Origin: Bryobacteraceae bacterium
GTDB taxonomy: Bacteria; Acidobacteriota; Terriglobia; Bryobacterales; Bryobacteraceae
Length of the DNA: 64,000 nucleotides
Assembly (NCBI GenBank): GCA_050789245.1
Contig: JBOZRR010000029.1
Span: 5,556 to 69,555, forward strand
Direction of reading: 5' to 3'
This document shows positions 45,936 to 54,568 of this stretch, one piece after another. The stretch's first letter is position 1. Each line of letters opens with the position of its first letter. Both the position numbers and the translations under genes were made by a program. The notes below the pieces were generated by a model, which worked only from the letters and a program-made list of their open reading frames with translations, made no database searches and was not told the DNA's origin.

Positions 45936-46285
45936 TGGTGGAGGCGGCGGGAGTCGAACCCGCGTCCGAAATGGCTCGCCGTGACAAGACTACGTGCGTG
46001 TCCGATTCAGAGTCTCGGCAGTGCCCTTAGAACCGGCAAGAAGGAACACGGCCCAGCCTGGTTGATCTCGGGTCTCAGCCTCAGGCGGTGGCCTGCACCC
46101 TATCCCGCAAAATGACGCTCAACAGGCAACGCGCGGGCTCATTGCCGTGAGCGGCTACCTATGAACTAGGCAGCGTATGCAAACTGCTGATTGGCAGTTG
46201 TAGGTTTTCCGATCGTTTTACGGGAGCTCGGAACCCGGCACGCCTCATCACTTCGATTCCATCCCGTCGAAGCCGTTACGCCCCC
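45936..46285 (-). ncRNA. ssrA: tmRNA (SsrA)
   Basis: 5' GGGGGCGUAACGGCUUCGACGGG and 3' GGGUUCGACUCCCGCCGCCUCCACCA form the tRNA-like domain. An internal tag frame ...GCC AAU CAG CAG UUU GCA UAC GCU GCC UAG lies at 46166..46195. Confidence 0.92.
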
Positions 46286-46330
46286 TTTCCACCTTCATTG
46301 TAGCGGAGAGGTCAAGGGTGGGCGTGGAGA

Positions 46331-46963
46331 CTACCAGAAACGGGCCTCGGTGAGCTCGGCCCGGAAGAATTCGCCCTGTTCGAATTGGGGTGTCCCGAAA
46401 TGCCAGCCGGCGCGGATCTTGACCGGGATGCGGATGCCCTCGACCTCTTCGGTCTCTTCGATGAGAGCGCCGAAGGTGCAGTCTTCCCAGTTGCCATCGG
46501 GGTTGCCCCAGCGGGTCATCCACGCTTCCTTGAGGTTGCCGTCTTCATAGCGGAGGTCGACACGCTCGTCGTTCATCTCGTAATAGAAGCGGCCTGGAGA
46601 TTCCTGTTTCTGGTTCTTCTCGATCCAGTCCGGCACGAAGATGGTCTCCATGGCCATGCGGCCCTTGGCGGAGCGCAGCGTGTTCGGACTGGAGTCGCGG
46701 AGGAAGGGGATGACCTTGAGGATCCGCCAGTCCATGCCGCCGGAGCCGTTGACCCAGGCGTCGAATCCCTTAATGGAAAACGGACTGGAATCGACCTCGG
46801 CATGCCAGATGAAGCCCCATTCGGGCAGGAGGAGTTGATCGGCCGTGAAATCGCGCCACTTGCCCTTCAGACGAATAGAGCCGATCATCGACATCTCGAC
46901 GCCGCCCTGACTCTCCTGACGGTGACTGCGAAGTTGCCAATCCAGGACCTTCAAGCCTTGCAT
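46331..46963 (-). CDS. hypothetical protein
   Basis: Coding-like. Start moved to ATG 46963 (MQGLKVLDW) to avoid overlapping clpS. No recognised motif. Confidence 0.5.
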   Translation of the reverse strand: MQGLKVLDWQLRSHRQESQGGVEMSMIGSIRLKGKWRDFTADQLLLPEWGFIWHAEVDSSPFSIKGFDAWVNGSGGMDWRILKVIPFLRDSSPNTLRSAKGRMAMETIFVPDWIEKNQKQESPGRFYYEMNDERVDLRYEDGNLKEAWMTRWGNPDGNWEDCTFGALIEETEEVEGIRIPVKIRAGWHFGTPQFEQGEFFRAELTEARFW

Positions 46964-47067
46964 CGCAAATATAGTAGCGTGTTCAGGGCTTGGAAGTACG
47001 CGCAGATTTCGTGCGAAAGGGCGTGTGTCAAGCAGAGCGGGCATGAGAGACTGGAGAAACGTAACCC

Positions 47068-47409
47068 ATGTCCACAGCCGCGCCCACTCCATCGTTGGAG
47101 TCGAGCGAAATCGAAGAACTGACGCCGCTCTGGAATGTCGTCCTGTTGGACGATGACGAGCACACGTATGACTACGTCATCGAGATGCTGGTGCGTCTCT
47201 TCTTCAAGACCGTGGATGAAGCCTACAAGCACGCGGTGGAAGTGGACACGGTGAGTCGAACGATTGTCATGACCTGCGACCGGCCAGCCGCGGAGTTCGC
47301 GCGCGACCAGATCCACGGATACGGGCCGGACTGGCGGATGCCGAAGTGCAAAGGCTCGATGTCGTCCGTGCTGGAGCCGGCCGCGGGCGGTTCGTACTCC
47401 GGTGCTTAA
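47068..47409 (+). CDS. clpS: ATP-dependent Clp protease adaptor ClpS
   Basis: LWNVVLLDDDEHTYDYVIEMLVRLF...EAYKHAVEVDT is the conserved ClpS core. Confidence 0.9.
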   Translation: MSTAAPTPSLESSEIEELTPLWNVVLLDDDEHTYDYVIEMLVRLFFKTVDEAYKHAVEVDTVSRTIVMTCDRPAAEFARDQIHGYGPDWRMPKCKGSMSSVLEPAAGGSYSGA

Positions 47410-47418
47410 TCCAGCAGA

Positions 47419-47916
47419 CTAGCTGGCGTTCGCGAGATGCCGGTAGGCGCGGGTGGAGCGCACGGCTTCCATCACCATTTCAGTGAGCGGCCCAAGCGCG
47501 TTCAGCGCAGCCTCGGATGGCGGCGTGTCCCACTCGAAGGAGGCCGCATCGACAACCAGAAGGGTGATTCTCTCCGGGAGAACGCGGCTCTGCTGGCCTG
47601 TTTGGAGGGCACGAGACAAGTTCTGTTCGTGACGGAGGCCGAGGACGTCCGCGGCGTCGATGGCGCTGCCGAGGCGTGAGATCTTCTTGATTGAGCCGGG
47701 GATGCCTTTGCGCGTCTTGCGGGTATCAATCACGATGGCGTGCCGTGCTGGACGCCAGGCGTCGGCGATGTCATTGGCGTCGCCGCGCATGGATTGGACC
47801 GGGAGTCCGTTCCGCCTCAAGGTCTCGGCACAGGAAAGAACGATGGCTTCGTCACCCCACCCCGCGGAGCCAAGGCAGAGAACGATGAGCGGCCGAGATG
47901 CTACGTTCGCTGTCAT
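47419..47916 (-). CDS. HyaD/HybD-like (hydrogenase maturation endopeptidase family) protein, weak call
   Basis: LIVLCLGSAGWGDEAIV...AIVIDT...GIPGSI loosely follows the family pattern (GxGNxxxxDDGxG...DA...PG). Confidence 0.4.
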   Translation of the reverse strand: MTANVASRPLIVLCLGSAGWGDEAIVLSCAETLRRNGLPVQSMRGDANDIADAWRPARHAIVIDTRKTRKGIPGSIKKISRLGSAIDAADVLGLRHEQNLSRALQTGQQSRVLPERITLLVVDAASFEWDTPPSEAALNALGPLTEMVMEAVRSTRAYRHLANAS

Positions 47917-48049
47917 ACAATTCTCCTATCCGGCAGATTAACAGCAGTCCGGGAAACCGCCTAGCCGTACCAAGGTAATGGGAGTAACTTTCTATCCGAG
48001 GGCTACGTCTTGGCGTTACAGCCACTTACGGCTAGTAAGAGAGGGGACC

Positions 48050-48634
48050 ATGAAAATTCTTTTGGCGCTTTTCGCCGTTCTTGTCACACCAATTTGGGCC
48101 GAAGTCGCCGAATGGCGAATCGATTCGGCTCACTCCGCCGCCCAATTCAGCGTGCGGCACATGATGGTATCCACCGTTCGTGGGCACTTCGGGAAGATGT
48201 CCGGAAAAGTGCTCTTCGATCCGGCGGACTTGTCGAAAACCGTGGTTGAGGCGACGGTGGACGTCGCGAGCATCGACACTCGTGAACCGAAGCGCGACGC
48301 TCACCTGAAGAGCCCGGACTTCTTTGAGGTGGAGAAGTTCCCGTCGATGACCTTCAAATCGACCTCCATCAAGCCGGCGGGGTCAGGGAAATTCCTGATG
48401 ACCGGCGACCTGACGATCAAAGGCACCACGAAGCCCGTGATCTTTGAAGTGGAGGGGCCGAGTCCGGCGGTAAAGACGCAGCGTGGAGCCAAGAGCGGCG
48501 CCACCGCGACGGCGAAGATCAGTCGAAAGGATTTCGGGATCCTGTGGAATCGCGCGATTGAGGCTGGCGGCGTGGCCGTCGGGGATGAGGTCACCATCAC
48601 CATCGACGTGGAGATGGACAAGGCCGCGCAGTAA
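48050..48634 (+). CDS. YceI-family periplasmic protein
   Basis: Signal MKILLALFAVLVTPIWA. IDSAHSAAQFSVRHMMVSTVRGHF, RDAHLKSPDFFEVEKFP and LTIKGTTKP blocks. Confidence 0.9.
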   Translation: MKILLALFAVLVTPIWAEVAEWRIDSAHSAAQFSVRHMMVSTVRGHFGKMSGKVLFDPADLSKTVVEATVDVASIDTREPKRDAHLKSPDFFEVEKFPSMTFKSTSIKPAGSGKFLMTGDLTIKGTTKPVIFEVEGPSPAVKTQRGAKSGATATAKISRKDFGILWNRAIEAGGVAVGDEVTITIDVEMDKAAQ

Positions 48635-48657
48635 GAAAAGCCAGGGACCGCGAGGTT

Positions 48658-49542
48658 CTAGGATTCAGACGGTTCGCCGGTCGTTAGGAACGTCTGAGTG
48701 GCCATGTCATGCCACGTCAGGCGTTCCTCGTCCGTCAGCGCCCAGATAAGCCCGAGTCCGGCGGCGGCAATGCTAAGCAACCCCATGCCGATGCGTGCAA
48801 GACGCTGGGTGCATGTGGGGCGCGAGCCGTCGTAGCTGATCAAGCTCAGGCGCGCGCTTTGAAGCCCGAGCGTGTCCTGGCCGCCAACCGCAAACATCAC
48901 CTTGTACGCCATGGCGAGCAGAAACGGCGCTGGGGCGAAGTAATACCAATTCGACATCGCAATCGGGAATTGGCCGAGCCACAGGCGAACCGCGGTCAAG
49001 AAGATGGCGCAGAGCCCCAGGACCACTGCCATATCCAGCGTCGACGCAAGTGCGCGCAATGCGAGAGGCGCAACACTCACCGGTGACTGACTGCGGTCGA
49101 TTTCCCTCGTGAACGGCTGGCTGGGGCGCGCCGGAGCGCTGAACTCCAGCTTGTACTGGTTCTCGGAAGACTTACGGCGCCCGGAGCGCGGCTTCTCGCC
49201 GGCGAGCGGGTCCGATGAGCGCTTGTAGAACTTTGTGCCCGGCGCGGCGCCCACGCCGTCGAGCGAGACCACCTTGGCCTGCTCGCGATGCGCGAACAGA
49301 GCCTGCTGACGGGGCACAAGGCGCTTGGTGACTTCCGGGTTGTGCGCTACCGTCTCGAGACGCCGCTGAATGTTGCGCTCCATCTCCGCGGGCGTGACAT
49401 CCAGGGCGGGAGCGGTGGCTGTGTCGATGACAGGCGTCGCACCCGCCAGTTGCCACGTTCCCTGTGCAGAGAGCCGGCGCTGGCACTTCATGCAACGAAG
49501 GTCGTCGGGGTAGTTGTCAGTTCCGCAGTATCGGCAGCGCAT
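48658..49542 (-). CDS. RDD-family membrane protein with N-terminal zinc ribbon
   Basis: MRCRYCGTDNYPDDLRCMKCQRRL (CxxC...CxxC). The C-terminal half has 3 TM helices ending ...TWHDMATQT (RDD-like). Confidence 0.7.
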   Translation of the reverse strand: MRCRYCGTDNYPDDLRCMKCQRRLSAQGTWQLAGATPVIDTATAPALDVTPAEMERNIQRRLETVAHNPEVTKRLVPRQQALFAHREQAKVVSLDGVGAAPGTKFYKRSSDPLAGEKPRSGRRKSSENQYKLEFSAPARPSQPFTREIDRSQSPVSVAPLALRALASTLDMAVVLGLCAIFLTAVRLWLGQFPIAMSNWYYFAPAPFLLAMAYKVMFAVGGQDTLGLQSARLSLISYDGSRPTCTQRLARIGMGLLSIAAAGLGLIWALTDEERLTWHDMATQTFLTTGEPSES

Positions 49543-49616
49543 TCGAGATGGGAGGATTCAGAACGGGATCTCCTCCCGTGTTGCTCCGTTTTCGCCAACC
49601 GTGCTAGGTTTGAGCT

Positions 49617-52103
49617 TTGAGTTGCTGCCCGCCCAAACCGCCACGGCATTGTCCTTATCTAAGTAACATAATCACCCGAAAATGTCACGAAGTTTTCGCG
49701 CGCAAGTGCGCGGTCTTGTGGCACTTGTTGATCGCTCTGGCGCTGCTTCCCACTGTGCACCCAGATATGGTGGTGGCGCAGCAATTACCCGGAGGGATGG
49801 TGGTGCCAAGGCCAGCGACCTCCTCCACTCCGGTTCGGCCGGTTCAGCGCAAAGTGGTCCGTCCGAACCCGCCGCCGCCCGGCGAGTACCTGGTTGAAGC
49901 AGAAAAACAAGAAGTGGACGGCGCGTTTTATCGTCTCCGCGGCAAAGCCTCGATCGAGAGCGAGGACTTGCGCATCGAGGCCGACGAGATCGACTACAAC
50001 ACGGAGACGAAGATCGCCGAGGCCCGCGGCAGCGTCTACTTCCAGAGCTTTGAGCAAGGTGAGCAGGTATGGGCCGACCGCGCCGAATACAGCTTCAATG
50101 ACAAGCGCGGCTCGTTCTACAACGTGAAGGGCTCGGCGCCGGCGAAGATCGATCCCCGGCCGGGGATTCTCACCACCGGCAATCCATTCCTGTTTCGCGG
50201 CGATTGGGCTGAGAAGCTCGACAATCGCTACCTGCTGTATCAGGGGACGCTGACAAACTGCACCTATCCCGATCCGTGGTGGGTGCTGACGGCGCCCAAG
50301 TTCGACATCATCCCCGGCGACCGCGCTATTGCTTACAAGAGCCTGTTCAAGCTGAAAGGCGTGCCCCTGTTGTGGACGCCCGCGTTCTACAAATCGCTCT
50401 CGGACGAGACCAGGCGCAGCGGCTTCCTGACTCCGAACTTCGGCAGTTCCAACCGGCGCGGCTTCATGTACGGCTTGGGCTACTACTGGGCTATCAACCG
50501 CAGCTACGACATCAGCTATCGAGCGCAGTACTTCACGAAGCGCGGCTTTGCGCATACCGCCGATTTCCGGGGCAAGCCGACGCAGAAGTCAGACTTCGAC
50601 GTGTACGTCTACGGAGTCGACGACAAAGGCCTGCTTCAGGACGACGGCACGCGCCGCAAGGAAGGCGGCGTCCTGGCCACGTTCACGGGCAAGTCGGAAT
50701 GGGGCAAGGGCTTCTATTCACGCGGCGTCGTGAACTACTTGAGCGACTTCAAGTTCAGGCAGGCTTTCACCGAGAGCTTCAATGAGGCCGTTTACTCGGA
50801 AGTGAATTCGATCTTCTTCACTTCGAAGAACTGGTCGACGTACCATTTCAACGCCGTCTTCACGCAGCAGGACAACTACCAGTCCGACAAACCGGGCGAC
50901 AAGATTGAGATCCGACGTCTTCCTTCGATCGAATTCTCGAGCCGTGACCGCGAAGTGACAAAGAAGGAGAGCCCGATTCCCGTCTGGTTTTCGTTCAACT
51001 CCAGCATGGGTCTGGTGCGCCGCACACAGCCGCTGTTCCAGACACGGCGCTTTGTCGAGCGATTGAACCTGGAGCCGCGGATCTCCACCGCCCTGCGTTG
51101 GAAAGAGATTCACCTGATCCCCTGGGCCTCGGTTCGCGAAACCTACTATGGCTCGAGCTTCCAGGACGGCCAAGTGGCCGGCACCAACTACAACCGGTTC
51201 TCGAGGGAAGTGGGCGCTGAGCTCATTCTGCCGTCGCTCAGCCGCGTCTTTTCGGCCCCGTCCTGGACCAAGGCGCGCCAGTTGAAGCACTCCATTGAGC
51301 CCCGCGCGACATTCCGGCATGTGGCGGGCGTCAGCGAGTTCGAACGCGCCATCCGATTCGATGAAATGGAGTTGGTCGCCAACACGACGGAAGTCGAGAT
51401 CAGCGTCGCCAACCGATTCTGGAAGAAGAACCGTGCCGGCGAGGTCAGCGACTTCCTGATATGGGAGGTTTCGCAGCGGCGTTTCTTCGACCCAGACTTC
51501 GGTGGGGCCGTCCGCCAGGGGCAGCGCAACATTGTGCTGAGTTCGTCCCAGATGACGGCCTTCGCCTTTCTGAATGAGCCCCGCAGTTACTCCCCCGTGG
51601 TTTCAGTCCTCAGGGCGCAACCGCGGCCTGCCTTCGGTCTGGAGTGGCGCACCGACTTCGATCCGCTGCGGAACAAGATGACGAATTCGAGCTTCAGCGC
51701 GGATGCCAGGCTGGACAATTACTTCTTCTCGTTCGGGCACAACAAGGTGAGCTGCATCCCGCTCATCAAGCCCGGCCAGCCTGCGATTGACCCCTGCACC
51801 GGAGTTCCGGCCCAGGGCACGGTTCTGTCTCCGCCGTCGAACCAGGTCCGCGGCATGATCGGTCTGGGCCAGGAGAACCGCCGCGGCTGGAATGCGGGCT
51901 TTCTGGCGGTCTATGACTACTCGCAGAGCTTCCTGCAGTACGCAAACTCGCAGTTGACCTACAACACGAACTGCTGTGCCTACAGCTTCCAGTACAGGCG
52001 CTTCGCCTTCGGCGGCAGAAACGAGAATCAGTTCCGGCTGGCGTTCGTCATCGCCAACATCGGAAGCTTCGGCACGCTGCGGCGGCAGGAGCGGCTGTTC
52101 TAG
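49617..52103 (+). CDS. lptD: LPS-assembly outer-membrane protein LptD (OstA family)
   Basis: N-terminal OstA-like beta-jellyroll (LRIEADEIDYN...AEARGSV) followed by a long beta-barrel region rich in alternating aromatic residues and ending ...GTLRRQERLF. The start is uncertain: TTG 49617 as in the track, or in-frame TTG 49716. Confidence 0.8.
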   Translation: MSCCPPKPPRHCPYLSNIITRKCHEVFARKCAVLWHLLIALALLPTVHPDMVVAQQLPGGMVVPRPATSSTPVRPVQRKVVRPNPPPPGEYLVEAEKQEVDGAFYRLRGKASIESEDLRIEADEIDYNTETKIAEARGSVYFQSFEQGEQVWADRAEYSFNDKRGSFYNVKGSAPAKIDPRPGILTTGNPFLFRGDWAEKLDNRYLLYQGTLTNCTYPDPWWVLTAPKFDIIPGDRAIAYKSLFKLKGVPLLWTPAFYKSLSDETRRSGFLTPNFGSSNRRGFMYGLGYYWAINRSYDISYRAQYFTKRGFAHTADFRGKPTQKSDFDVYVYGVDDKGLLQDDGTRRKEGGVLATFTGKSEWGKGFYSRGVVNYLSDFKFRQAFTESFNEAVYSEVNSIFFTSKNWSTYHFNAVFTQQDNYQSDKPGDKIEIRRLPSIEFSSRDREVTKKESPIPVWFSFNSSMGLVRRTQPLFQTRRFVERLNLEPRISTALRWKEIHLIPWASVRETYYGSSFQDGQVAGTNYNRFSREVGAELILPSLSRVFSAPSWTKARQLKHSIEPRATFRHVAGVSEFERAIRFDEMELVANTTEVEISVANRFWKKNRAGEVSDFLIWEVSQRRFFDPDFGGAVRQGQRNIVLSSSQMTAFAFLNEPRSYSPVVSVLRAQPRPAFGLEWRTDFDPLRNKMTNSSFSADARLDNYFFSFGHNKVSCIPLIKPGQPAIDPCTGVPAQGTVLSPPSNQVRGMIGLGQENRRGWNAGFLAVYDYSQSFLQYANSQLTYNTNCCAYSFQYRRFAFGGRNENQFRLAFVIANIGSFGTLRRQERLF

Positions 52104-52408
52104 GAGTCCAGTTCGTCGTCGAGCGGGATCAGCGAGGAGAGTTTCGAATCGAGAGAGGAGATGCGGTCGAGCAACGCCCCCAGTTCTTTTTCGAGGGTGC
52201 GGACACGGTCCGCAAGGTGGAGGGAACTCAGAACGGCGACGCGGGTGGAATCCGTCGTAGCCAGCCGGGCAGCGATCTGGTTCATCAGATCGTCGACAGC
52301 CTGGGCCAGTTCCTCGGTCTCTCCGGGTTCACCACTACTGCGCAGCGTATAGGGCTGCTGGAAGATGGTGACTCTGACGAGCTTCTTGTCCGAGGAGCCG
52401 GAGTCCAA
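52100..52408 (-). CDS. zapA: cell division protein ZapA
   Basis: VRVTIFQQPYTLRS...AQAVDDLMNQIA...VAVLSSLHLADR pattern. AGGAGG RBS plus TTG start at 52408. The track ORF extends upstream through the zapB-like gene. Confidence 0.8.
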   Translation of the reverse strand: MDSGSSDKKLVRVTIFQQPYTLRSSGEPGETEELAQAVDDLMNQIAARLATTDSTRVAVLSSLHLADRVRTLEKELGALLDRISSLDSKLSSLIPLDDELDS

Positions 52409-52421
52409 CCGCGCCTCCTGA

Positions 52422-52718
52422 TTAGTTTTCCGACTGCAGGTCGAGCTGCTCCATTTGCGAGAGCAGGTTCTTGATTCTGGATGCGGCCTGCTTCTGGCGG
52501 GACCGCAGCGAATCGGCTTCTTCCACCACGCGCGCCGCCTGGGCCTTGGCCTCATCGGCTTCGGCGATGGCGGCATCGCGGGCGGAGATGGCTTCGCGGA
52601 GCTGTGTTTCGAGCTCCGCGTTGCGTTCTTTCAACCGGGCCATCACCCCGTTCACTAGTTCGAGCCGAGCTTCGAGCCGGGCAAAAACGTCGTCTTCTTC
52701 TTCACGAATCGGATGCAT
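52422..52718 (-). CDS. coiled-coil protein, ZapB-like
   Basis: Heptad-rich sequence (RLEARLELVNGVMARLKERNAELETQLRE...) immediately upstream of zapA. Confidence 0.5.
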   Translation of the reverse strand: MHPIREEEDDVFARLEARLELVNGVMARLKERNAELETQLREAISARDAAIAEADEAKAQAARVVEEADSLRSRQKQAASRIKNLLSQMEQLDLQSEN

Positions 52719-52740
52719 GGCGGAAGTGATGATCCCTATC

Positions 52741-53097
52741 CTACGCGAGCGCGCTCTTGGCCTGGTTCACCAGCGACGCGAAGCCCTGGGGCTCGTTGGC
52801 GGCGAGGTCTGCCAGAATCTTGCGATTCAGCTCGATGCCGGCCTTGCGCAGCCCGCCGATGAACTTCGAGTAGCTGATGCCGTTCTGGCGGCAGCCGGCG
52901 TTGATGCGCAGGATGAACAGCGCGCGGAATTCACGCTTCTTCCGGCGGCGGCCGACGTAGGCATAACGCAGCGCCTTCTCGACGGCTTCCTGGGCAGAAC
53001 GATACAGCTTGCTCTTGGTAAGGAAGTAGCCTTTTGCGAGTTTGAGGGTTTTCCGCCGGCTATCGCGGCGGTTGGTAGATCTTTTGACTCTGGGCAC
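52741..53097 (-). CDS. rplT: 50S ribosomal protein L20
   Basis: [24 protein letters not shown]...[15 protein letters not shown] start. Confidence 0.97.
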   Translation of the reverse strand: MPRVKRSTNRRDSRRKTLKLAKGYFLTKSKLYRSAQEAVEKALRYAYVGRRRKKREFRALFILRINAGCRQNGISYSKFIGGLRKAGIELNRKILADLAANEPQGFASLVNQAKSALA

Positions 53098-53208
53098 GTT
53101 TCTTCTCCTTTTGACTGGATCGGGAAGGAACCGATTCTCGGCTCCGTCTTGCCGGTGGCGCGGGCACGTGCGAAGAGCACCGGCTCACGCGGCGTGGGAT
53201 CCCCTGAT

Positions 53209-53403
53209 TTAGTAGGGGATCATTTCGAGCAGCTTCGCCTGGTCGGCCTTGTCGGCCACCACAGACTTGTGCAGCTCGCGCTTGCGCGACCGGGACTTCG
53301 AGGTGAGCAGGTGACGGGCATACGCCTTGCTACGGACGACTTTGCCGGTGCCTGTCTTCTTGAAGCGCTTGGCCGCTCCCTTGTGGGTTTTCAGCTTGGG
53401 CAT
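53209..53403 (-). CDS. rpmI: 50S ribosomal protein L35
   Basis: [21 protein letters not shown]. Internal ATG of the track ORF. Confidence 0.95.
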   Translation of the reverse strand: MPKLKTHKGAAKRFKKTGTGKVVRSKAYARHLLTSKSRSRKRELHKSVVADKADQAKLLEMIPY

Positions 53404-53478
53404 GATTGTTCCTGGTGATTCCACGGAGCGAGCGCCCCGTGACGAGATCTATCCCAGTGTACCAAACGGGCGGGGGAT

Positions 53479-54309
53479 TCAGGGGAGGTCGGAGTAGGAC
53501 AGAACGCTCTCAGCCTGGAACTTGCGGTAGTTGGAGTACAACTGCACGGTCTCCCGCCGCCAGATGGTGTCGCCGCGCTCCAAGGGGGTGGTGCTGCAAA
53601 TCTCTTTGATCAGCCAGACATCGTCCTTGTGGTGCCAGCGAAAGGCGGCCTGGGATCCTTGCGGCTGATCGCGCCAGGGGTAGGCCTGTTCGAGGTCGGC
53701 GGAGATGAGATGTCCCGTGGCCTGGTCGATTCGCAGGTAGCCGCGCAGGCTGAGGGCCCACTCGTTCGGATTCTTCGGCTTCGGGGCATTGGACTTCGGC
53801 CAGACGGAGAGCACCCAGACCCTATTGCCGGGCTCACCTTCCTCCCGGTCCAACCGGGCCTCATGATGCTGGGCAACCAGCGAGATGTCGAATTTCAGGC
53901 GTTGCCTCTCGTCAGCCGACCGCCGCCGCCGGCGATCTTCGAGCGGCGTCCGGCGTCTGAAATCAACCACTTGCCGGTACCGCAGATCCTCAGCATCTTC
54001 CGCATCCCGGCCCAGGGGCCTGCCGTTGATCTCCGTGAGGCGGAAGTAGGACTCCCCTTCGACGAACGTGACCTCGAAGGTTCGCGTGCCGTCGTCCGCG
54101 ACGCGGCCATCGGGGGCACGGTCCTTGCCAGAGATGATTTCGCGGAAAACGAAGAATTCTGAGCGTTTGCGGTTTAGCTGGTCGGCCTCGGCGGCTTTGT
54201 GGAGAATCTCGGCCGCATCGTCTGCAAGTGCAGGCAAAGAAAGGGCGATTAAGCAGCCAGCGGTACAGATACTGAGCCTGCTAGTCAATGCACCGTCACT
54301 GTAACACAC
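53479..54309 (-). CDS. hypothetical exported protein
   Basis: Hydrophobic leader ...CLIALSLPALA. Charged Arg/Asp-rich middle. No recognised motif. Confidence 0.5.
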   Translation of the reverse strand: MCYSDGALTSRLSICTAGCLIALSLPALADDAAEILHKAAEADQLNRKRSEFFVFREIISGKDRAPDGRVADDGTRTFEVTFVEGESYFRLTEINGRPLGRDAEDAEDLRYRQVVDFRRRTPLEDRRRRRSADERQRLKFDISLVAQHHEARLDREEGEPGNRVWVLSVWPKSNAPKPKNPNEWALSLRGYLRIDQATGHLISADLEQAYPWRDQPQGSQAAFRWHHKDDVWLIKEICSTTPLERGDTIWRRETVQLYSNYRKFQAESVLSYSDLP

Positions 54310-54355
54310 CAGTATTGATTGGGATCAAGGGGGGAGTTGGGAAAAGTAACAAAGA

Positions 54356-54568
54356 TTATTGATTGTTATCCTTCCACTCTTCGTACCAGGCCATCTGGAT
54401 GGCCTCGAGCTTCGGCTCGTTCGACTTGTGTGGGTCGTCGGCGAAGTCTTCGAGTTCGATCACCATCTTTTGCAGGTCGGTGAACCGCACGGTGAGCGGA
54501 TCGGTGTCGGGGAACTTCTCGTACAGCTCGATGCCGATGTCTTCGGCGTCGGTCCAGGAGAGCGGCAT
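54356..54568 (-). CDS. iscX: Fe-S assembly protein IscX
   Basis: MPLSWTDAEDIGIELYEKFPDTDPLTVRFTDL matches the conserved IscX N-terminus. 1-nt overlap with hscA. Confidence 0.85.
   Translation of the reverse strand: MPLSWTDAEDIGIELYEKFPDTDPLTVRFTDLQKMVIELEDFADDPHKSNEPKLEAIQMAWYEEWKDNNQ

Noticed and set aside
53098-53208. 110-nt rpmI-rplT spacer as a ribosomal-protein leader or structured RNA
   Set aside because: It contains a possible GCCGGTG...CACCGGC pairing. I cannot show covariation or match a known L20 leader by eye, and known L20 leaders lie upstream of infC/rpmI rather than here.
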